DNA of 64,000 bases from Patescibacteria group bacterium (lineage in GTDB: Bacteria > Patescibacteriota > Minisyncoccia > Phycocordibacterales > UBA918). Below the pieces are notes generated by a model that saw only the letters and a program-made list of their open reading frames with translations, was not told the DNA's origin and made no database searches. The stretch is taken from NCBI GenBank assembly GCA_019750255.1, contig JAIEOU010000005.1:14078-78077 (forward strand), in the 5' to 3' direction. A program made the translations under genes and the position numbers. This document shows, one piece after another, positions 1 to 13,422 of the stretch (position 1 is its first letter; every line of letters begins with the position of its first letter).

Positions 1-39
1 CCTTTTGAACCGGCCGTCAGTACGGGCCTGTAGGTTGCT

Positions 40-1872
40 ATGAATCCGCTGTCTCAATTACTTGAACGTGGTGTAATCACTGAGTCATCTGCGCGTCAGG
101 TTGAACAACATGTGGTGGATACTGGACACTCTTACGAGACCGCACTGCTTGAGACAGGTCTCGATGCTAGTGTCGTCCGTACCTTGTATGCCGAGTATTA
201 CCAGGTACCCGCTTTTGCCATCCCGGAAGCTTTTTCTATCTCACAAGAAATCCTGAATTACATCCCTGAGGAGTCAGCCTCTCACTATCGGGTCATTCCG
301 ATTCAGCTAGAAGGTGATGTTCTGACGGTTGGGGTCAATAATCCAGACGACATTGCGCTCCGTGAAGTGCTGAACTTCATTAGTACGAAACACAACATTC
401 CTTACAAAATGGTGTTCATGCTGGACCGTGATATTGCCACCACCTTAAGTTTTTATGAAAATCTCAAGGGCGATGTGAGTGATGCGCTCGGGAATATTGA
501 AAATGACCTGGATGCAGAGATTGCTGCTGGTGCCGAGGAGACCGTCCAGGAGACCAAGAAGGCTCTTGAACATATTGAAGAGGATGCGCCGGTCACCAAG
601 ATTGTGGCGACTATTTTACGCTATGCTGTCGATGGTGGAGCGTCGGATATTCATATAGAACCCCGAGACCAAAAAGTCCTTGTGCGGTTTCGAGTTGACG
701 GGTCGTTAGCGGCTTCGCTGGAGCTTCCAAAGGCTGTGCATATGGCAGTGGTAGCACGTGTGAAAATTTTGTCGTCGATGCGCCTTGATGAACGTCGTCG
801 CCCACAAGACGGTCGCTTCTCGGCGACATTTGATAATCGAAAGATTGATTTTCGTGTCTCGCTCTTGCCGACCAGCTTTGGCGAGAAGGTGGTAATGCGT
901 ATTCTTGATAATACCCGGGGGGTCGCAAAACTCGAGGATACCGGTATTTCCCCGCACTGGCTTACCACTATCAGAAAAATGATTGACGAACCATACGGTA
1001 TTATCCTTATTTCTGGTCCGACAGGTTCAGGAAAGTCGACGACGCTGTACGCTCTTTTGTCAGAGATGGATCGTTTGAGTAAAAACGTACTTTCCCTCGA
1101 AGATCCGGTGGAGTACAACATTGATGGTGTTTCCCAGTCGCAGGTGCGACCCGAGATTGGATATACCTTTGCCAATGGCTTGCGCGCTGCGCTCCGTCAA
1201 GACCCAGACATTATTATGGTAGGAGAAATCCGCGATAAGGAAACTGCGCAGCTGGCTATTCAGGCGGCTCTCACGGGTCACTTGGTGCTTTCGACGATTC
1301 ACACGAATAATGCCATTGGAGTTATTCCACGTTTGATTGATATGGGCGTTGATCCCTACCTTATAGCCCCGACGCTTAAGCTAGCGATTGCGCAGCGCCT
1401 CGCAAAGCGAGTCTATAACGATACTGGTCGAGAAGAGCCGGTATCTAAGAGTATGAAGATAGTGATGGATGAGAGCTTTAAAACACTCCCCACTAAATAT
1501 CATAACCGCATTCCCGAAGCCCGTACCGTCGTTCATCCCGAACCGTCGCCACAGAGCACAACGGGACTCAAGGGGCGTGTCGCGATCATGGAGGTTCTTG
1601 AGATTAATGATGATATTCAAGAACTTATTTTAAAAAACGCATCAGAAGGACAAATCTTCAACGTCGCTCGTTCACAAGGATTCATGACAATGAAAGAAGA
1701 CGCCATCATCAAGGCGCTTGAGCACGTTATTCCGTATCAAGAAATGAATGCATTTGGTTCAAAGGCCGGAAATGAATCGATTCTAGAAGACGTTGTGCTT
1801 GCTGTCGATAACCAACCTCCGCCAGAGGGCGCAGAGGCTATACTTACAAGTGATGAAGATCCTTCTGGTTGA
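40..1872 (+). CDS. pilB: Type IV pilus assembly ATPase (PilB/GspE family)
   Basis: Walker A GPTGSGKST, ASDIHIEP, LRQDPDIIMVGEIRD, TGHLVLSTIH motifs; first gene of pilus locus. Confidence 0.95.
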   Translation: MNPLSQLLERGVITESSARQVEQHVVDTGHSYETALLETGLDASVVRTLYAEYYQVPAFAIPEAFSISQEILNYIPEESASHYRVIPIQLEGDVLTVGVNNPDDIALREVLNFISTKHNIPYKMVFMLDRDIATTLSFYENLKGDVSDALGNIENDLDAEIAAGAEETVQETKKALEHIEEDAPVTKIVATILRYAVDGGASDIHIEPRDQKVLVRFRVDGSLAASLELPKAVHMAVVARVKILSSMRLDERRRPQDGRFSATFDNRKIDFRVSLLPTSFGEKVVMRILDNTRGVAKLEDTGISPHWLTTIRKMIDEPYGIILISGPTGSGKSTTLYALLSEMDRLSKNVLSLEDPVEYNIDGVSQSQVRPEIGYTFANGLRAALRQDPDIIMVGEIRDKETAQLAIQAALTGHLVLSTIHTNNAIGVIPRLIDMGVDPYLIAPTLKLAIAQRLAKRVYNDTGREEPVSKSMKIVMDESFKTLPTKYHNRIPEARTVVHPEPSPQSTTGLKGRVAIMEVLEINDDIQELILKNASEGQIFNVARSQGFMTMKEDAIIKALEHVIPYQEMNAFGSKAGNESILEDVVLAVDNQPPPEGAEAILTSDEDPSG

Positions 1873-2218
1873 TGACGATAATTTCTTGCGTGACATGTAT
1901 GCCACGAAGTTTTCTCAAACCGGCCACACCGTCGACGCTGTTGACAATGGGGCGGCTGCGCTCACGAAACTAAGTTCTACCCAAGACTATGATGTTGTCA
2001 TGCTCGACATGGTAATGCCAGGCATGAGCGGGCTCGAGCTTTTGGTAAAGATTCGCGAAGAATTCCCCAAACTTAAAGCTAAGCTGATTGTTCTCTCAAA
2101 CCAAGGCCAAGAAGAAGATATTCGGGAGGCTACGGCAGCTGGTGCGTGCGCGTATATCATTAAAGCTGAGTCGGTACCAAGTGAGGTGCTGTCTAAGGTG
2201 GAGGCTGTGTGTGGTTAA
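1853..2218 (+). CDS. Single-domain response regulator receiver (CheY-like)
   Basis: MKILLVDDD...DVVMLDMVMPGMSGLELL; start moved to ATG 1853, overlapping pilB end. Confidence 0.9.
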   Translation: MKILLVDDDNFLRDMYATKFSQTGHTVDAVDNGAAALTKLSSTQDYDVVMLDMVMPGMSGLELLVKIREEFPKLKAKLIVLSNQGQEEDIREATAAGACAYIIKAESVPSEVLSKVEAVCG

Positions 2219-2241
2219 TTTAACCGGTAATTTAATTTAGT

Positions 2242-3309
2242 ATGGCCGTCGACTACAAGCGAGAACTGAATACGCTCATTGACCTGGTTATCGAAGAGCG
2301 TGCCTCAGACCTGCATTTTTCCGTCGGTGCACATCCGATTATCCGCGTCTCAGGTTCTCTGATTCCCTTGTTAAAAAAACCCATCCTTACCGATGAGGAT
2401 ATGCTCGGCTTTGCTAAGGCGCTCATCAGAAAAGATATCTATGAACGCTATGAAGGACGTAAAGAGGTGGACTTTTCTTTTGAGAATACCGAATCCGTCC
2501 GCTTTCGTGGCAATGCGTACTACCAACGCGGACGTATGGCAATTGCCCTTCGCCTCATTCCGAATGTCATTCGTACTTTTGCGGATTTAAATCTGCCGCC
2601 AATTCTGGAAAGCTTTACTCAGCGGCCACAGGGTTTCTTTTTGTGTGTTGGGCCAGTAGGGCAGGGAAAGTCTACGACGCTTGCAGCCATGGTAAATCAC
2701 ATTAACCAAACTCGTTCGGAGCACATCGTTACCATTGAGGACCCTATCGAGTACGTGTACACCGAAGACAAGGCGCTCATTGATCAGCGTGAAGTGGGTA
2801 TCGATACTGAAAGCTTCCAGGTTGCGCTCAACGCTGCCTTTCGTGAAGACGTTGATGTGATTTTGGTAGGTGAGATGCGGAATATGGAAACTATTTCAAC
2901 CGCCGTAACTGCGGCTGAAACCGGCCATTTAGTGTATTCGACCCTTCACACAAATGACGCCGCACAGACCATTAATCGAATCATCGATACGTTTCCGGGT
3001 GACCAGCAAAGCCAAATCCGCACCCAGCTAGCAGGGTCTCTCATTGCTATCTTCTCGCAGCGACTCATTCCACACATTGCGGGTGGTCTTGTGCCAGCGT
3101 ATGAGCTGCTTATCAACAACAGTGCGGTAGCTAACCTAATTCGAGAAAATCGCGTTCATGAGATTAATTCCGTCATCGAGACTGGGCTTGAGCAGGGAAT
3201 GATTGACATGAATCGTTCTCTGTTACGTTTGGTACAGAACGGAGATATTACCGTAGAGAACGCATTTACCTACTCAACCAACCCTAAAGGTCTCGAACGC
3301 CTCATGTAA
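2242..3309 (+). CDS. pilT: Type IV pilus retraction ATPase PilT
   Basis: ASDLH, GPVGQGKSTT, TIEDPIEY, AAETGHLVYSTLH motifs. Confidence 0.95.
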   Translation: MAVDYKRELNTLIDLVIEERASDLHFSVGAHPIIRVSGSLIPLLKKPILTDEDMLGFAKALIRKDIYERYEGRKEVDFSFENTESVRFRGNAYYQRGRMAIALRLIPNVIRTFADLNLPPILESFTQRPQGFFLCVGPVGQGKSTTLAAMVNHINQTRSEHIVTIEDPIEYVYTEDKALIDQREVGIDTESFQVALNAAFREDVDVILVGEMRNMETISTAVTAAETGHLVYSTLHTNDAAQTINRIIDTFPGDQQSQIRTQLAGSLIAIFSQRLIPHIAGGLVPAYELLINNSAVANLIRENRVHEINSVIETGLEQGMIDMNRSLLRLVQNGDITVENAFTYSTNPKGLERLM

Positions 3310-3312
3310 TAT

Positions 3313-4530
3313 ATGCTTTTCAAATACATAGCAATCGATAAGGGGAATGTACAAAGGGAAGGCACCGTTGAGGCGGCCAGTATTGATGCCGCTATTTCAG
3401 CTGTACAAAAGCGTGGCTACACAGTAACCTCGATTGATCCAATTGACGAAAAAGGTTCGATAACTGATTTGCTTAATTTTGATTTTGCAATATTTCACAG
3501 CGTGTCAAACAAAGACATTGTTATTTTGTCTCGACAAATTTCCACGTTGTTTCAAGCGCATGTTTCACCACTGCGTATTTTCCGTCTCCTGTCGGCCGAG
3601 GTAGGAAATGCACAGCTGCAAATTGTAATGAATAAGATTGTTGATGACTTGCAAGCGGGGAGTTCAATTTCTCGGGCTTTGGCGGCCCATCCAAAGGTAT
3701 TCTCTTCCTTCTATGTCAACATGGTGCGGGCGGGGGAGGAATCGGGATCGCTCGAGAAATCCTTTGCCTACCTAGCCGACTACCTGGACCGTTCGTATGA
3801 AATTGTTGCAAAAGCCAGAAACGCTCTAGTCTACCCAGCCTTCGTGGTCACTATCTTTTTTGGGGTGATGGGCCTGATGCTCACCCTAGTAATTCCAAAG
3901 ATTGCCAAAATTTTGACTGACTCTGGGCAGGAGCTGCCGATTTATACAAAGATTGTTATTGGTCTTTCCGAGTTCTTAATTGGCTATCTTCCGTTTATAT
4001 TTATCGGTGTGGCTGCGACTGGGGTGGGGATGTGGCGTTTCGCCCGAACTGATGTTGGGCGCCGGACCATAGACGAGCTGAAAATCTCGCTCCCTGTTTT
4101 CGGTAATCTCCAGCGTAAGTTGTTGCTCACCCGCATCTGTGACAACCTCTCGACGATGCTTTCAAGTGGCGTATCGATGGTGCAAGCGCTCGAGGTGACA
4201 GCTGATGTGGTAGATAATACGGTCTTTAAAGAAATTGTTCAGTCGGCTCTCTTTGAAGTGAAGGGAGGACGGTCGTTTGCTGATTCCATCGCTGAGTATC
4301 CAGAAATTCCAACGGTTCTGTCACAAATGGCGCGCGTGGGTGAAGAAACCGGAAGTCTGTCGGAAATCATGACCACACTCGCCAATTTCTACCGACGTGA
4401 AGTGAACCAAGCAGTGGACACCATGATTGGGCTCATTGAACCAGCTATGATTGTGATGTTGGGTCTCGGTGTGGGTGTGCTCTTGGCATCGGTTTTGATG
4501 CCGATTTATAACCTCACCGGCAACTTCTAA
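3313..4530 (+). CDS. pilC: Type IV pilus platform protein PilC/GspF
   Basis: Two T2SSF repeats (AGEESGSL, VGEETGSL), IEPAMIV..., MPIY C-terminus. Confidence 0.93.
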   Translation: MLFKYIAIDKGNVQREGTVEAASIDAAISAVQKRGYTVTSIDPIDEKGSITDLLNFDFAIFHSVSNKDIVILSRQISTLFQAHVSPLRIFRLLSAEVGNAQLQIVMNKIVDDLQAGSSISRALAAHPKVFSSFYVNMVRAGEESGSLEKSFAYLADYLDRSYEIVAKARNALVYPAFVVTIFFGVMGLMLTLVIPKIAKILTDSGQELPIYTKIVIGLSEFLIGYLPFIFIGVAATGVGMWRFARTDVGRRTIDELKISLPVFGNLQRKLLLTRICDNLSTMLSSGVSMVQALEVTADVVDNTVFKEIVQSALFEVKGGRSFADSIAEYPEIPTVLSQMARVGEETGSLSEIMTTLANFYRREVNQAVDTMIGLIEPAMIVMLGLGVGVLLASVLMPIYNLTGNF

Positions 4531-4630
4531 GGAGAAACAGGAAGCGGCGAAGCCGCGACCATGTTTTCCTTATGCAGACGCCTCGTTACTTTCGAGCCTC
4601 AAAGCGAGGAAAGTAACGGCGGCGACCTGC
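4528..4630 (+). repeat. Structured repeat module starting at the pilC stop codon (homologous to valS-downstream array)
   Basis: 4570-4630 matches the reverse complement of 56837-56897 at 56/61 by manual alignment; two hairpins. Confidence 0.85.
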
Positions 4631-4642
4631 GAAAGGAGACTT

Positions 4643-4770
4643 TGGATTGCTTCGCTGCGGCTCGCAAAGACGAATGCTGAATACGACTGCTTCGTCTCTG
4701 CGAGTTTACGAAGCAGTCCAGGGTTCCATACCCTTCTTTCGATTACATCACTAAGGCTCGCAAAGACGAA
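4643..4770. repeat. Three REP-like palindromic units (GGATTGCTTCG...CTCGCAAAGACG type), alternating orientation
   Basis: 4643-4673 (+), 4691-4723 (inverted), 4741-4770 (degenerate +); another copy at ~54959-54992. Confidence 0.75.
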
Positions 4771-4979
4771 ATATAATTTAACCCAATCCTACTAAGTAAT
4801 AGGTGCAGGGGCTTACGGTTTATACGGGAGGTTGTCCCCAGGTCTAGTTTTGTAAGCCGAAGCTGGTCGTATAATTGAGGCTAGCTACGCTACAACGTAG
4901 ATCTGTCGTTTACTATTCAGGTACACAGCTGATATCTGAATATAAAAAGACTTTATTTCAAAACGATTAATTTTAATTC

Positions 4980-5477
4980 ATGATCAAAACCATGCGGACC
5001 CGCGGTTTCACCCTCATCGAACTTCTCGTTGTAATCGCTATTATCGGTATCTTGGCCGCAACGGTACTTGCCGCCCTTGGTAACGCGCGAAGTAGCGGAA
5101 ACGACGCTTCGACGCAGTCGCAAGTTAATTCTGCCAAGGCTCAAGCTGAAGTGTATGCTAATGGTAATACAACAGCTCCCGGAAGTTATGTAGGCCTCTG
5201 TACTGCTGCGAACCCCAACAGCTTGGGTACACTCCTAACGGGTATCGCTCGTACTGCGCCCGGTACCGATGCTGCTGTATTGACTGCCACTGTACAGACT
5301 GCTAACACAGACGGTACTGGGGGTTCGATTAATTGCAGGGATGCCGCAACTACTTGGGTCTTGTCTGCGCCTCTTGCTCGCTCTACGGGAGGTTTCTTCT
5401 GTGCGGACAGTACTGGCTTTAGTGGCGTAAGAACCACGCCACTACCAGCAGCCAATACTGCTTGTCCAGCTTCTTAA
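4980..5477 (+). CDS. Type IV major pilin, copy 1
   Basis: RG|FTLIELLVVIAIIGILA prepilin cleavage/methylation motif; 4 Cys in C-terminal domain. Confidence 0.93.
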   Translation: MIKTMRTRGFTLIELLVVIAIIGILAATVLAALGNARSSGNDASTQSQVNSAKAQAEVYANGNTTAPGSYVGLCTAANPNSLGTLLTGIARTAPGTDAAVLTATVQTANTDGTGGSINCRDAATTWVLSAPLARSTGGFFCADSTGFSGVRTTPLPAANTACPAS

Positions 5478-5491
5478 CAATCTTACTGGAT

Positions 5492-5521
5492 AAAAAAACA
5501 CCCGTTCACGGGTGTTTTTTT
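5492..5521 (+). terminator. Intrinsic terminator after pilin 1
   Basis: aaaaaaacacccg-ttca-cgggtgttttttt. Confidence 0.8.
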
Positions 5522-5604
5522 ATTGAAAAACCTACTGGGGAAATCCTACATAAGCACAATGGACTGTGTCATGATTAGGATAAACAATAATTCAACATAC
5601 CATA

Positions 5605-6102
5605 ATGCTTAAACAAACTTATCAAAAGGGCTTCACCCTCATCGAACTTCTCGTTGTAATCGCTATTATCGGTATCTTGGCCGCAACGGTACTTGCCGCC
5701 CTTGGTAACGCGCGAAGTAGTGGAAACGACGCTTCGACGCAGTCGCAGATAAACTCTGCCAAGGCTCAAGCTGAAGTCTATGCGACGGGGAATAACAATT
5801 CTTATGATGGGGTTTGTACGATTGCAAGCGCCAATAGTCTGGGTCCATTGCTGACAGGAATTGTAAGGACAGCACCAGGAAACAACACTCCTGTTATTGA
5901 CGGAGCGGTACAGACAGCAAACACCGATGGTACAGGTGGGACTATTAATTGTAATGACGCGCCTACCGCCTGGGCAGTGTCAGCGCCGCTCAATCGATCC
6001 ACTGGCGGATTCTTCTGTGCGGACAGTAGCGGATTTAGTGGAGTTCGTGTGACGCCGTTACCGGCGAGCGGTGCTACGGGTAGAGTGTGTCCTTCATCAT
6101 AA
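5605..6102 (+). CDS. Type IV major pilin, copy 2
   Basis: KG|FTLIELLVVIAIIGILA; paralog of 4980-5477, same length. Confidence 0.93.
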   Translation: MLKQTYQKGFTLIELLVVIAIIGILAATVLAALGNARSSGNDASTQSQINSAKAQAEVYATGNNNSYDGVCTIASANSLGPLLTGIVRTAPGNNTPVIDGAVQTANTDGTGGTINCNDAPTAWAVSAPLNRSTGGFFCADSSGFSGVRVTPLPASGATGRVCPSS

Positions 6103-6131
6103 TCTGATTCCGTTAAAAACAGGACTACATC

Positions 6132-6155
6132 AAAGAGCGCCACGAGGCGCTTTTT
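6132..6155 (+). terminator. Intrinsic terminator after pilin 2
   Basis: aaagagcgcc-acga-ggcgcttttt. Confidence 0.7.
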
Positions 6156-6267
6156 GTAAACTCCAGATTATTTGTGCTAAGCCTATAAGTGTTAATGGCG
6201 CAGCAACAGAAGACTCCTATGGTTAACTTTTGGCCACGGGAAGGGATGGATGGGCTATAATAGGAAC

Positions 6268-7125
6268 GTGTTTAGTCTAGCTACGCTCGGTCTGTCGACC
6301 CTCGTTCTTTCCATTATTGCCTTTGGCTTTGGAGCTATCGTCGGTAGCTTTCTTAATGTGGTGATTTATCGGTTACATACTGGCCGCTCTCTGCAAGGTC
6401 GGTCCCATTGTCTCTCGTGCGCAACTCCGCTCCGAGTGTGGGAGCTCATACCACTTTTTTCATATCTCGGTCTGCGGGGTCGTTGTAGTCACTGCCGGTC
6501 ACGGTTTACTGCGCGCTACTTTGGGGTTGAGCTTTTGACGGCGCTATTGTTTGTGTTGACGATGCTTTATTTTGCGACTGATGTGGTACTGGTCGGTATA
6601 TTTCTCTTTGTGATGTCACTGCTTGTGGTCGTATTTGTCTATGATCTTCGACACATGATTATTCCTGACGAATATGTCGTGGCGCTTACGCTTGCGGCGC
6701 TCGGCCGAGAATTTTATAGTGCGGTCGTTGTGCTCGGAACATGGGTACCGTTTCTCTACAGTGCATTCGCCGCTTCGACTGGGGCACTATTTTTCTACGC
6801 CCTCTGGTTTATGTCTGGAGGAAAATGGATTGGCTTTGGTGATGTTAAGCTCGCTTGGCCACTGGGACTTCTCCTTGGCAGTGGGGGAGTGTTCTCAATG
6901 GTGGTGTTTTCGTTCTGGATAGGGGCGGGGATAAGTCTATTGCTTCTTGCGCTCATGAAGCTCTCTGCCCGCAGTGGGGGAAAACCGTTCTTACCTTTCG
7001 GTCTCGGAACGCTTACAATGAAGAGTGCTGTTCCGTTTGCTCCTTTCTTGATTGTTAGTTTTCTTACAGTTCTTTTTTTCCAAGTTGATGTGCTCGCCCT
7101 TTTATCCTATGACTTCTTCCTCTAG
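6268..7125 (+). CDS. pilD: Prepilin peptidase (A24)
   Basis: GSFLNVVIYR, CxxC...CxxC, GFGDVKL, PFAPFL; GTG start 6268 inferred from upstream TATAAT (ORF track starts 6250). Confidence 0.93.
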   Translation: MFSLATLGLSTLVLSIIAFGFGAIVGSFLNVVIYRLHTGRSLQGRSHCLSCATPLRVWELIPLFSYLGLRGRCSHCRSRFTARYFGVELLTALLFVLTMLYFATDVVLVGIFLFVMSLLVVVFVYDLRHMIIPDEYVVALTLAALGREFYSAVVVLGTWVPFLYSAFAASTGALFFYALWFMSGGKWIGFGDVKLAWPLGLLLGSGGVFSMVVFSFWIGAGISLLLLALMKLSARSGGKPFLPFGLGTLTMKSAVPFAPFLIVSFLTVLFFQVDVLALLSYDFFL

Positions 7126-7726
7126 CACGAAGCCATGCAGAGCGCGTCTGCGCGCAGGTTTTGGTCTCATAGAACTCCTTGTGAGCATCAGTATCATGGT
7201 ACTCGTTACCTCGATTGTGCTCGCGCGGCACTCCGCCTTTAGCGGTACCGTACTTCTGAAATCACAGGCATATGAAATAGCGTTACGGCTACGCGAAATA
7301 CAGCTCTCGGCGGTGAGTGTAGCGACTTCGACTGTCGGCATCCGCTCGCACTATGGTATGCGTTTTGGTACAGCGGCTTCAGAAAATAGCGTCTACCCGG
7401 TTTTTGCGACTCCTATCCCAGCGGTCAATGGCTTCTACACTAATAATGCTTATTCTCTTGTTGGGACTCCGGGGTTACTCGATCAGCGCTTTGTGATTAA
7501 AGGAATTGACCTGAACTGCAGTTCTGTGCAATCAGCTACGGGAGTTATTATTATGTTTAAGCGTCCAAACTATGACGCTGAATTCCGAAGTGGGACTGGC
7601 GGAGCGCCGGCCTGCGCGGCTGAGTCAGTGAGTATTAGGATTGGCCCACGTGGTTCCCTCGTTGGTGATACCGCCTCGGAACGACGTGTTGTTGTTTCGA
7701 GCTCAGGTCAAATCACTGTAGAGTAA
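7109..7726 (+). CDS. Minor pilin / pseudopilin
   Basis: AG|FGLIELLVSISIM N-terminal motif; ATG 7109. Confidence 0.85.
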   Translation: MTSSSSTKPCRARLRAGFGLIELLVSISIMVLVTSIVLARHSAFSGTVLLKSQAYEIALRLREIQLSAVSVATSTVGIRSHYGMRFGTAASENSVYPVFATPIPAVNGFYTNNAYSLVGTPGLLDQRFVIKGIDLNCSSVQSATGVIIMFKRPNYDAEFRSGTGGAPACAAESVSIRIGPRGSLVGDTASERRVVVSSSGQITVE

Positions 7727-7730
7727 TTTT

Positions 7731-8402
7731 ATGATTCCAACAAAGCTTTCACAGCGACGCGGTTTCACTCTCATCGAGATGATTGTTTCGTTGGGAGTGT
7801 TTTCGGTGGTGGTGACCATTACGGCCGGGGCGCTTATTACCTTAATTGCAACAAACCAGCGCTTTCAGCGTGAGCAAAATACGACAACGAACTTGGCCTT
7901 TGCGCTTGACAGTATGACTCGTGAAATTCGCACCGGGTCAAATTTTTACTGTGCGACCGGCACGGGAACACCTTTTGATAATGGAGCCCATGAACATCTT
8001 TCTGGTGGAGTCATTGACGCAGGGGTTGGCTCATCGTTGCTACGGCGCGATTGTCCAGACGGAAGAAATGGAGAAAGTCTCCATGGGATATCTTTCTTTG
8101 AGGGGGGGAATAGCATCACGACGGACCCGGGGGTTAGGCGTATCCTCTATTATTTTGACCTGACGGCCGGTACTATCTATCGACGTGTCGGGGATGAAAG
8201 GCCAGAACAGATTATTTCAAATACCATTGAAATTGTTGATGCTGATATTTATGTTACCGACACCAACATTATGCTTGCCACACCTGCGGATACAAAACAG
8301 CCCACAGTAACCATTCATATCGAAGCTCGGGATCGTTCTGAGCCAAGTAGTGAGACGTACCTCATGCAAACGACTGTAACGCAGCGGTCACTTGATATAT
8401 GA
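7731..8402 (+). CDS. Minor pilin (PilW/PulJ-like)
   Basis: RG|FTLIEMIVSL, MTREIR motif. Confidence 0.85.
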   Translation: MIPTKLSQRRGFTLIEMIVSLGVFSVVVTITAGALITLIATNQRFQREQNTTTNLAFALDSMTREIRTGSNFYCATGTGTPFDNGAHEHLSGGVIDAGVGSSLLRRDCPDGRNGESLHGISFFEGGNSITTDPGVRRILYYFDLTAGTIYRRVGDERPEQIISNTIEIVDADIYVTDTNIMLATPADTKQPTVTIHIEARDRSEPSSETYLMQTTVTQRSLDI

Positions 8403-8993
8403 AAAATCTACTACCCAGCTTATTACAGTTAACGAGACATAAAAATGGTTTTTCACTGGTGGAAACGCTGGTCGCAGTCTCCATCCTTCTCCTTGTTGTG
8501 GTTGGTCCCTTGACGATTACGTCGCGGACGGCGAAAAGTAGCACCTTTTCGAGTGAGCAATTGACTGCTCAATTACTCGCTCAAGAAGGACTGGAACTGG
8601 TGGAAAAAGCGCGTAATGACTACATTCTTGAGAATTTCACCAATGCAGCTAACGGTGGCTGGGATGCATTCACCTCAGGAAGTGGTGTTTTTTCACAGTG
8701 CTTTGACACCGATGGTTGTGGTATCGACATTGAAGATTCTGGTGACATTAACTTTCCATTAAAGGCATGTGATATCGCCGGGAGTCCAGATCCGTGCGCA
8801 CTCTACCAAGGAGCGGCAGGTGAGCGGGCGCGGTATTCGCACACTACCGGTGGTACCCTGACTCCGTTTACTCGCACTGTGCGCTTTTACTCGACCACAA
8901 ATCCTGATCAGATTCGCGTGGAATCAACCGTTACCTGGCGTACGGGTTCCCTGATTGCCAATCAACGGGTAGAGCTCGAGACGTATTTATTTA

Positions 8994-9010
<17 letters not shown>
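8399..9010 (+). CDS. Minor pilin (PilV-like)
   Basis: NG|FSLVETLVAV, LAQEGLE motif. Confidence 0.85.
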
Positions 9011-11673
<2,663 letters not shown>

Positions 11674-11691
11674 TTTTGCTATAGTTGCGCC

Positions 11692-11988
11692 ATGACAAAA
11701 GAGGAAATTGAGCACTTAGCCAGGCTATCACGGATTGCCCTGTCGCCAGCAGAAACGGTCAGTTTTCAGTCCGAAATCACATCGATACTCGATTATGTGA
11801 GTGTGGTTAATGCTATGGCTGCAGATGAAACACCCCATGCACCAACAGTTCCCGAACACATCAATATCTTCAGGGCTGACGAGGTAACCAATGAGCCAGG
11901 GAGCAATACCGAAGTCCTCCTCGCGGCAATGCCCGAGACACATGGTCGCTTTATGAAGGTGAAAAAAATCCTCAACCAAAATGACTAA
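11692..11988 (+). CDS. gatC: Asp/Glu-tRNA amidotransferase subunit C
   Basis: EEIEHLARLSRI...FRADEV...KVKKIL. Confidence 0.92.
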   Translation: MTKEEIEHLARLSRIALSPAETVSFQSEITSILDYVSVVNAMAADETPHAPTVPEHINIFRADEVTNEPGSNTEVLLAAMPETHGRFMKVKKILNQND

Positions 11989-13420
11989 CCACAAACCCCT
12001 CCATAACACTGTTAGTGAATTACGCGCTGCGTACCTAGCAGGTGACACTACTCCAACCCAGGTGGTGGCTGAAGCTCTAGGGATAATAGAGCGGACAGAT
12101 AAGGACATACATGCCTTCCTAGATGTGTACAAAGAGCAGGCCACAGCCGCTGCAGCAGCGGCTACTGCGCGGTTTGCCGCAAAAGAAACTAATCTACCTC
12201 CACTGCTTGGGGTCCCCGTTGCAATCAAAAATAATATTCTTATTAAAGGTGAGCGCGCTACTGCCGGCTCCAAGATGCTCGAGCACTACCGGGCAAGTTA
12301 TGATGCTACTATCATCGAGCGTCTACGCGCGGCGGGTGCCATTTTTATCGGAGCTACCAACATGGACGAATTTGCGATGGGTGGATCAACGGAACATTCT
12401 GCCTACGGTCCCACTCGAAATCCTCTCGCTCCAACCCGTGTGCCGGGCGGGTCATCGGGCGGGTCGGCGGCAGCGGTTGCAATGGGAGCGGCTCCTGTAG
12501 CAATTGGTACTGATACTGGCGGATCCATCAGGCAGCCAGCTAGTTACTGTGGACTTGTTGGCTTCAAGCCGACGTACGGTGCAGTCTCTCGGTATGGCCT
12601 CGTGGCCATGGGTTCGTCACTCGACCAGGCTGGGCCTCTTACACATACTGTTGCTGACGCCAAACTGATTCATGAGGTTATGGTCGGGCGCGATAGTTAC
12701 GACGCGACCTCGCGTGACTATCCTGTCTCTAGCTATGTGAAAGGTACACCGCTCACTTTCGGGGTGCCTCGTTCATTTCTAAAGGACGGCGTTGATGCAG
12801 ATGTGTTGGCGCTATTTGATAAACATTGCGCGGCCATTACTGCTGCTGGTCACAAGGTTGTCGATATTGAACTGCCGCTCTTCGAACAAGGTCTTGCTGC
12901 GTACTACATTGTCATGCCAGCAGAGGTTTCGTCGAACCTAGCGCGCTACGACGGCATCCGTTACGGTTTATCAGTACCCGGCAATGATCTCCTTGCTGTC
13001 TATGAAAATTCTCGTGCGGAGGGATTGGGGGCCGAAGTAAAACGACGCATTTTGCTGGGTACTTACGTGCTGTCGTCCGGATACTACGATGCGTATTACA
13101 AAAAAGCTGAGCTTGTGCGCACAAAAATGCGAGCAGAATTAGCCCAGGTATTTTCTTCGGTTGACGTTATAGTAACTCCAACCGCTCCAACGCCAGCGTT
13201 TAGGTTGGGCGAACAGGCCGACCCTCTTTCAATGTATCGTCAGGATATTTTTACGGTCCCTGTCAATTTAACTGGAATCCCCGCCCTGACTTTTCCAATG
13301 GGGGAGGTCAATCGTGACGCCGATTGCCTGCCGGTTGGGGTACAATATAGTGCACCGCTCGGCCATGACACCCGTCTTCTTGAGATTGGTATCGCCCTTT
13401 ACGACGAGCGGAGTCTCTAA
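11981..13420 (+). CDS. gatA: Asp/Glu-tRNA amidotransferase subunit A
   Basis: Amidase signature [33 protein letters not shown]. Confidence 0.97.
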   Translation: MTNHKPLHNTVSELRAAYLAGDTTPTQVVAEALGIIERTDKDIHAFLDVYKEQATAAAAAATARFAAKETNLPPLLGVPVAIKNNILIKGERATAGSKMLEHYRASYDATIIERLRAAGAIFIGATNMDEFAMGGSTEHSAYGPTRNPLAPTRVPGGSSGGSAAAVAMGAAPVAIGTDTGGSIRQPASYCGLVGFKPTYGAVSRYGLVAMGSSLDQAGPLTHTVADAKLIHEVMVGRDSYDATSRDYPVSSYVKGTPLTFGVPRSFLKDGVDADVLALFDKHCAAITAAGHKVVDIELPLFEQGLAAYYIVMPAEVSSNLARYDGIRYGLSVPGNDLLAVYENSRAEGLGAEVKRRILLGTYVLSSGYYDAYYKKAELVRTKMRAELAQVFSSVDVIVTPTAPTPAFRLGEQADPLSMYRQDIFTVPVNLTGIPALTFPMGEVNRDADCLPVGVQYSAPLGHDTRLLEIGIALYDERSL

Positions 13421-13422
13421 CC

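Noticed and set aside
1853-2218. Orphan receiver in the pilus operon as a novel system
   Set aside because: Single receiver genes in pilus loci are common; nothing else distinctive.
4980-6102. Diversity-generating retroelement acting on the pilins
   Set aside because: No reverse transcriptase in the window, and differences are not adenine-specific.
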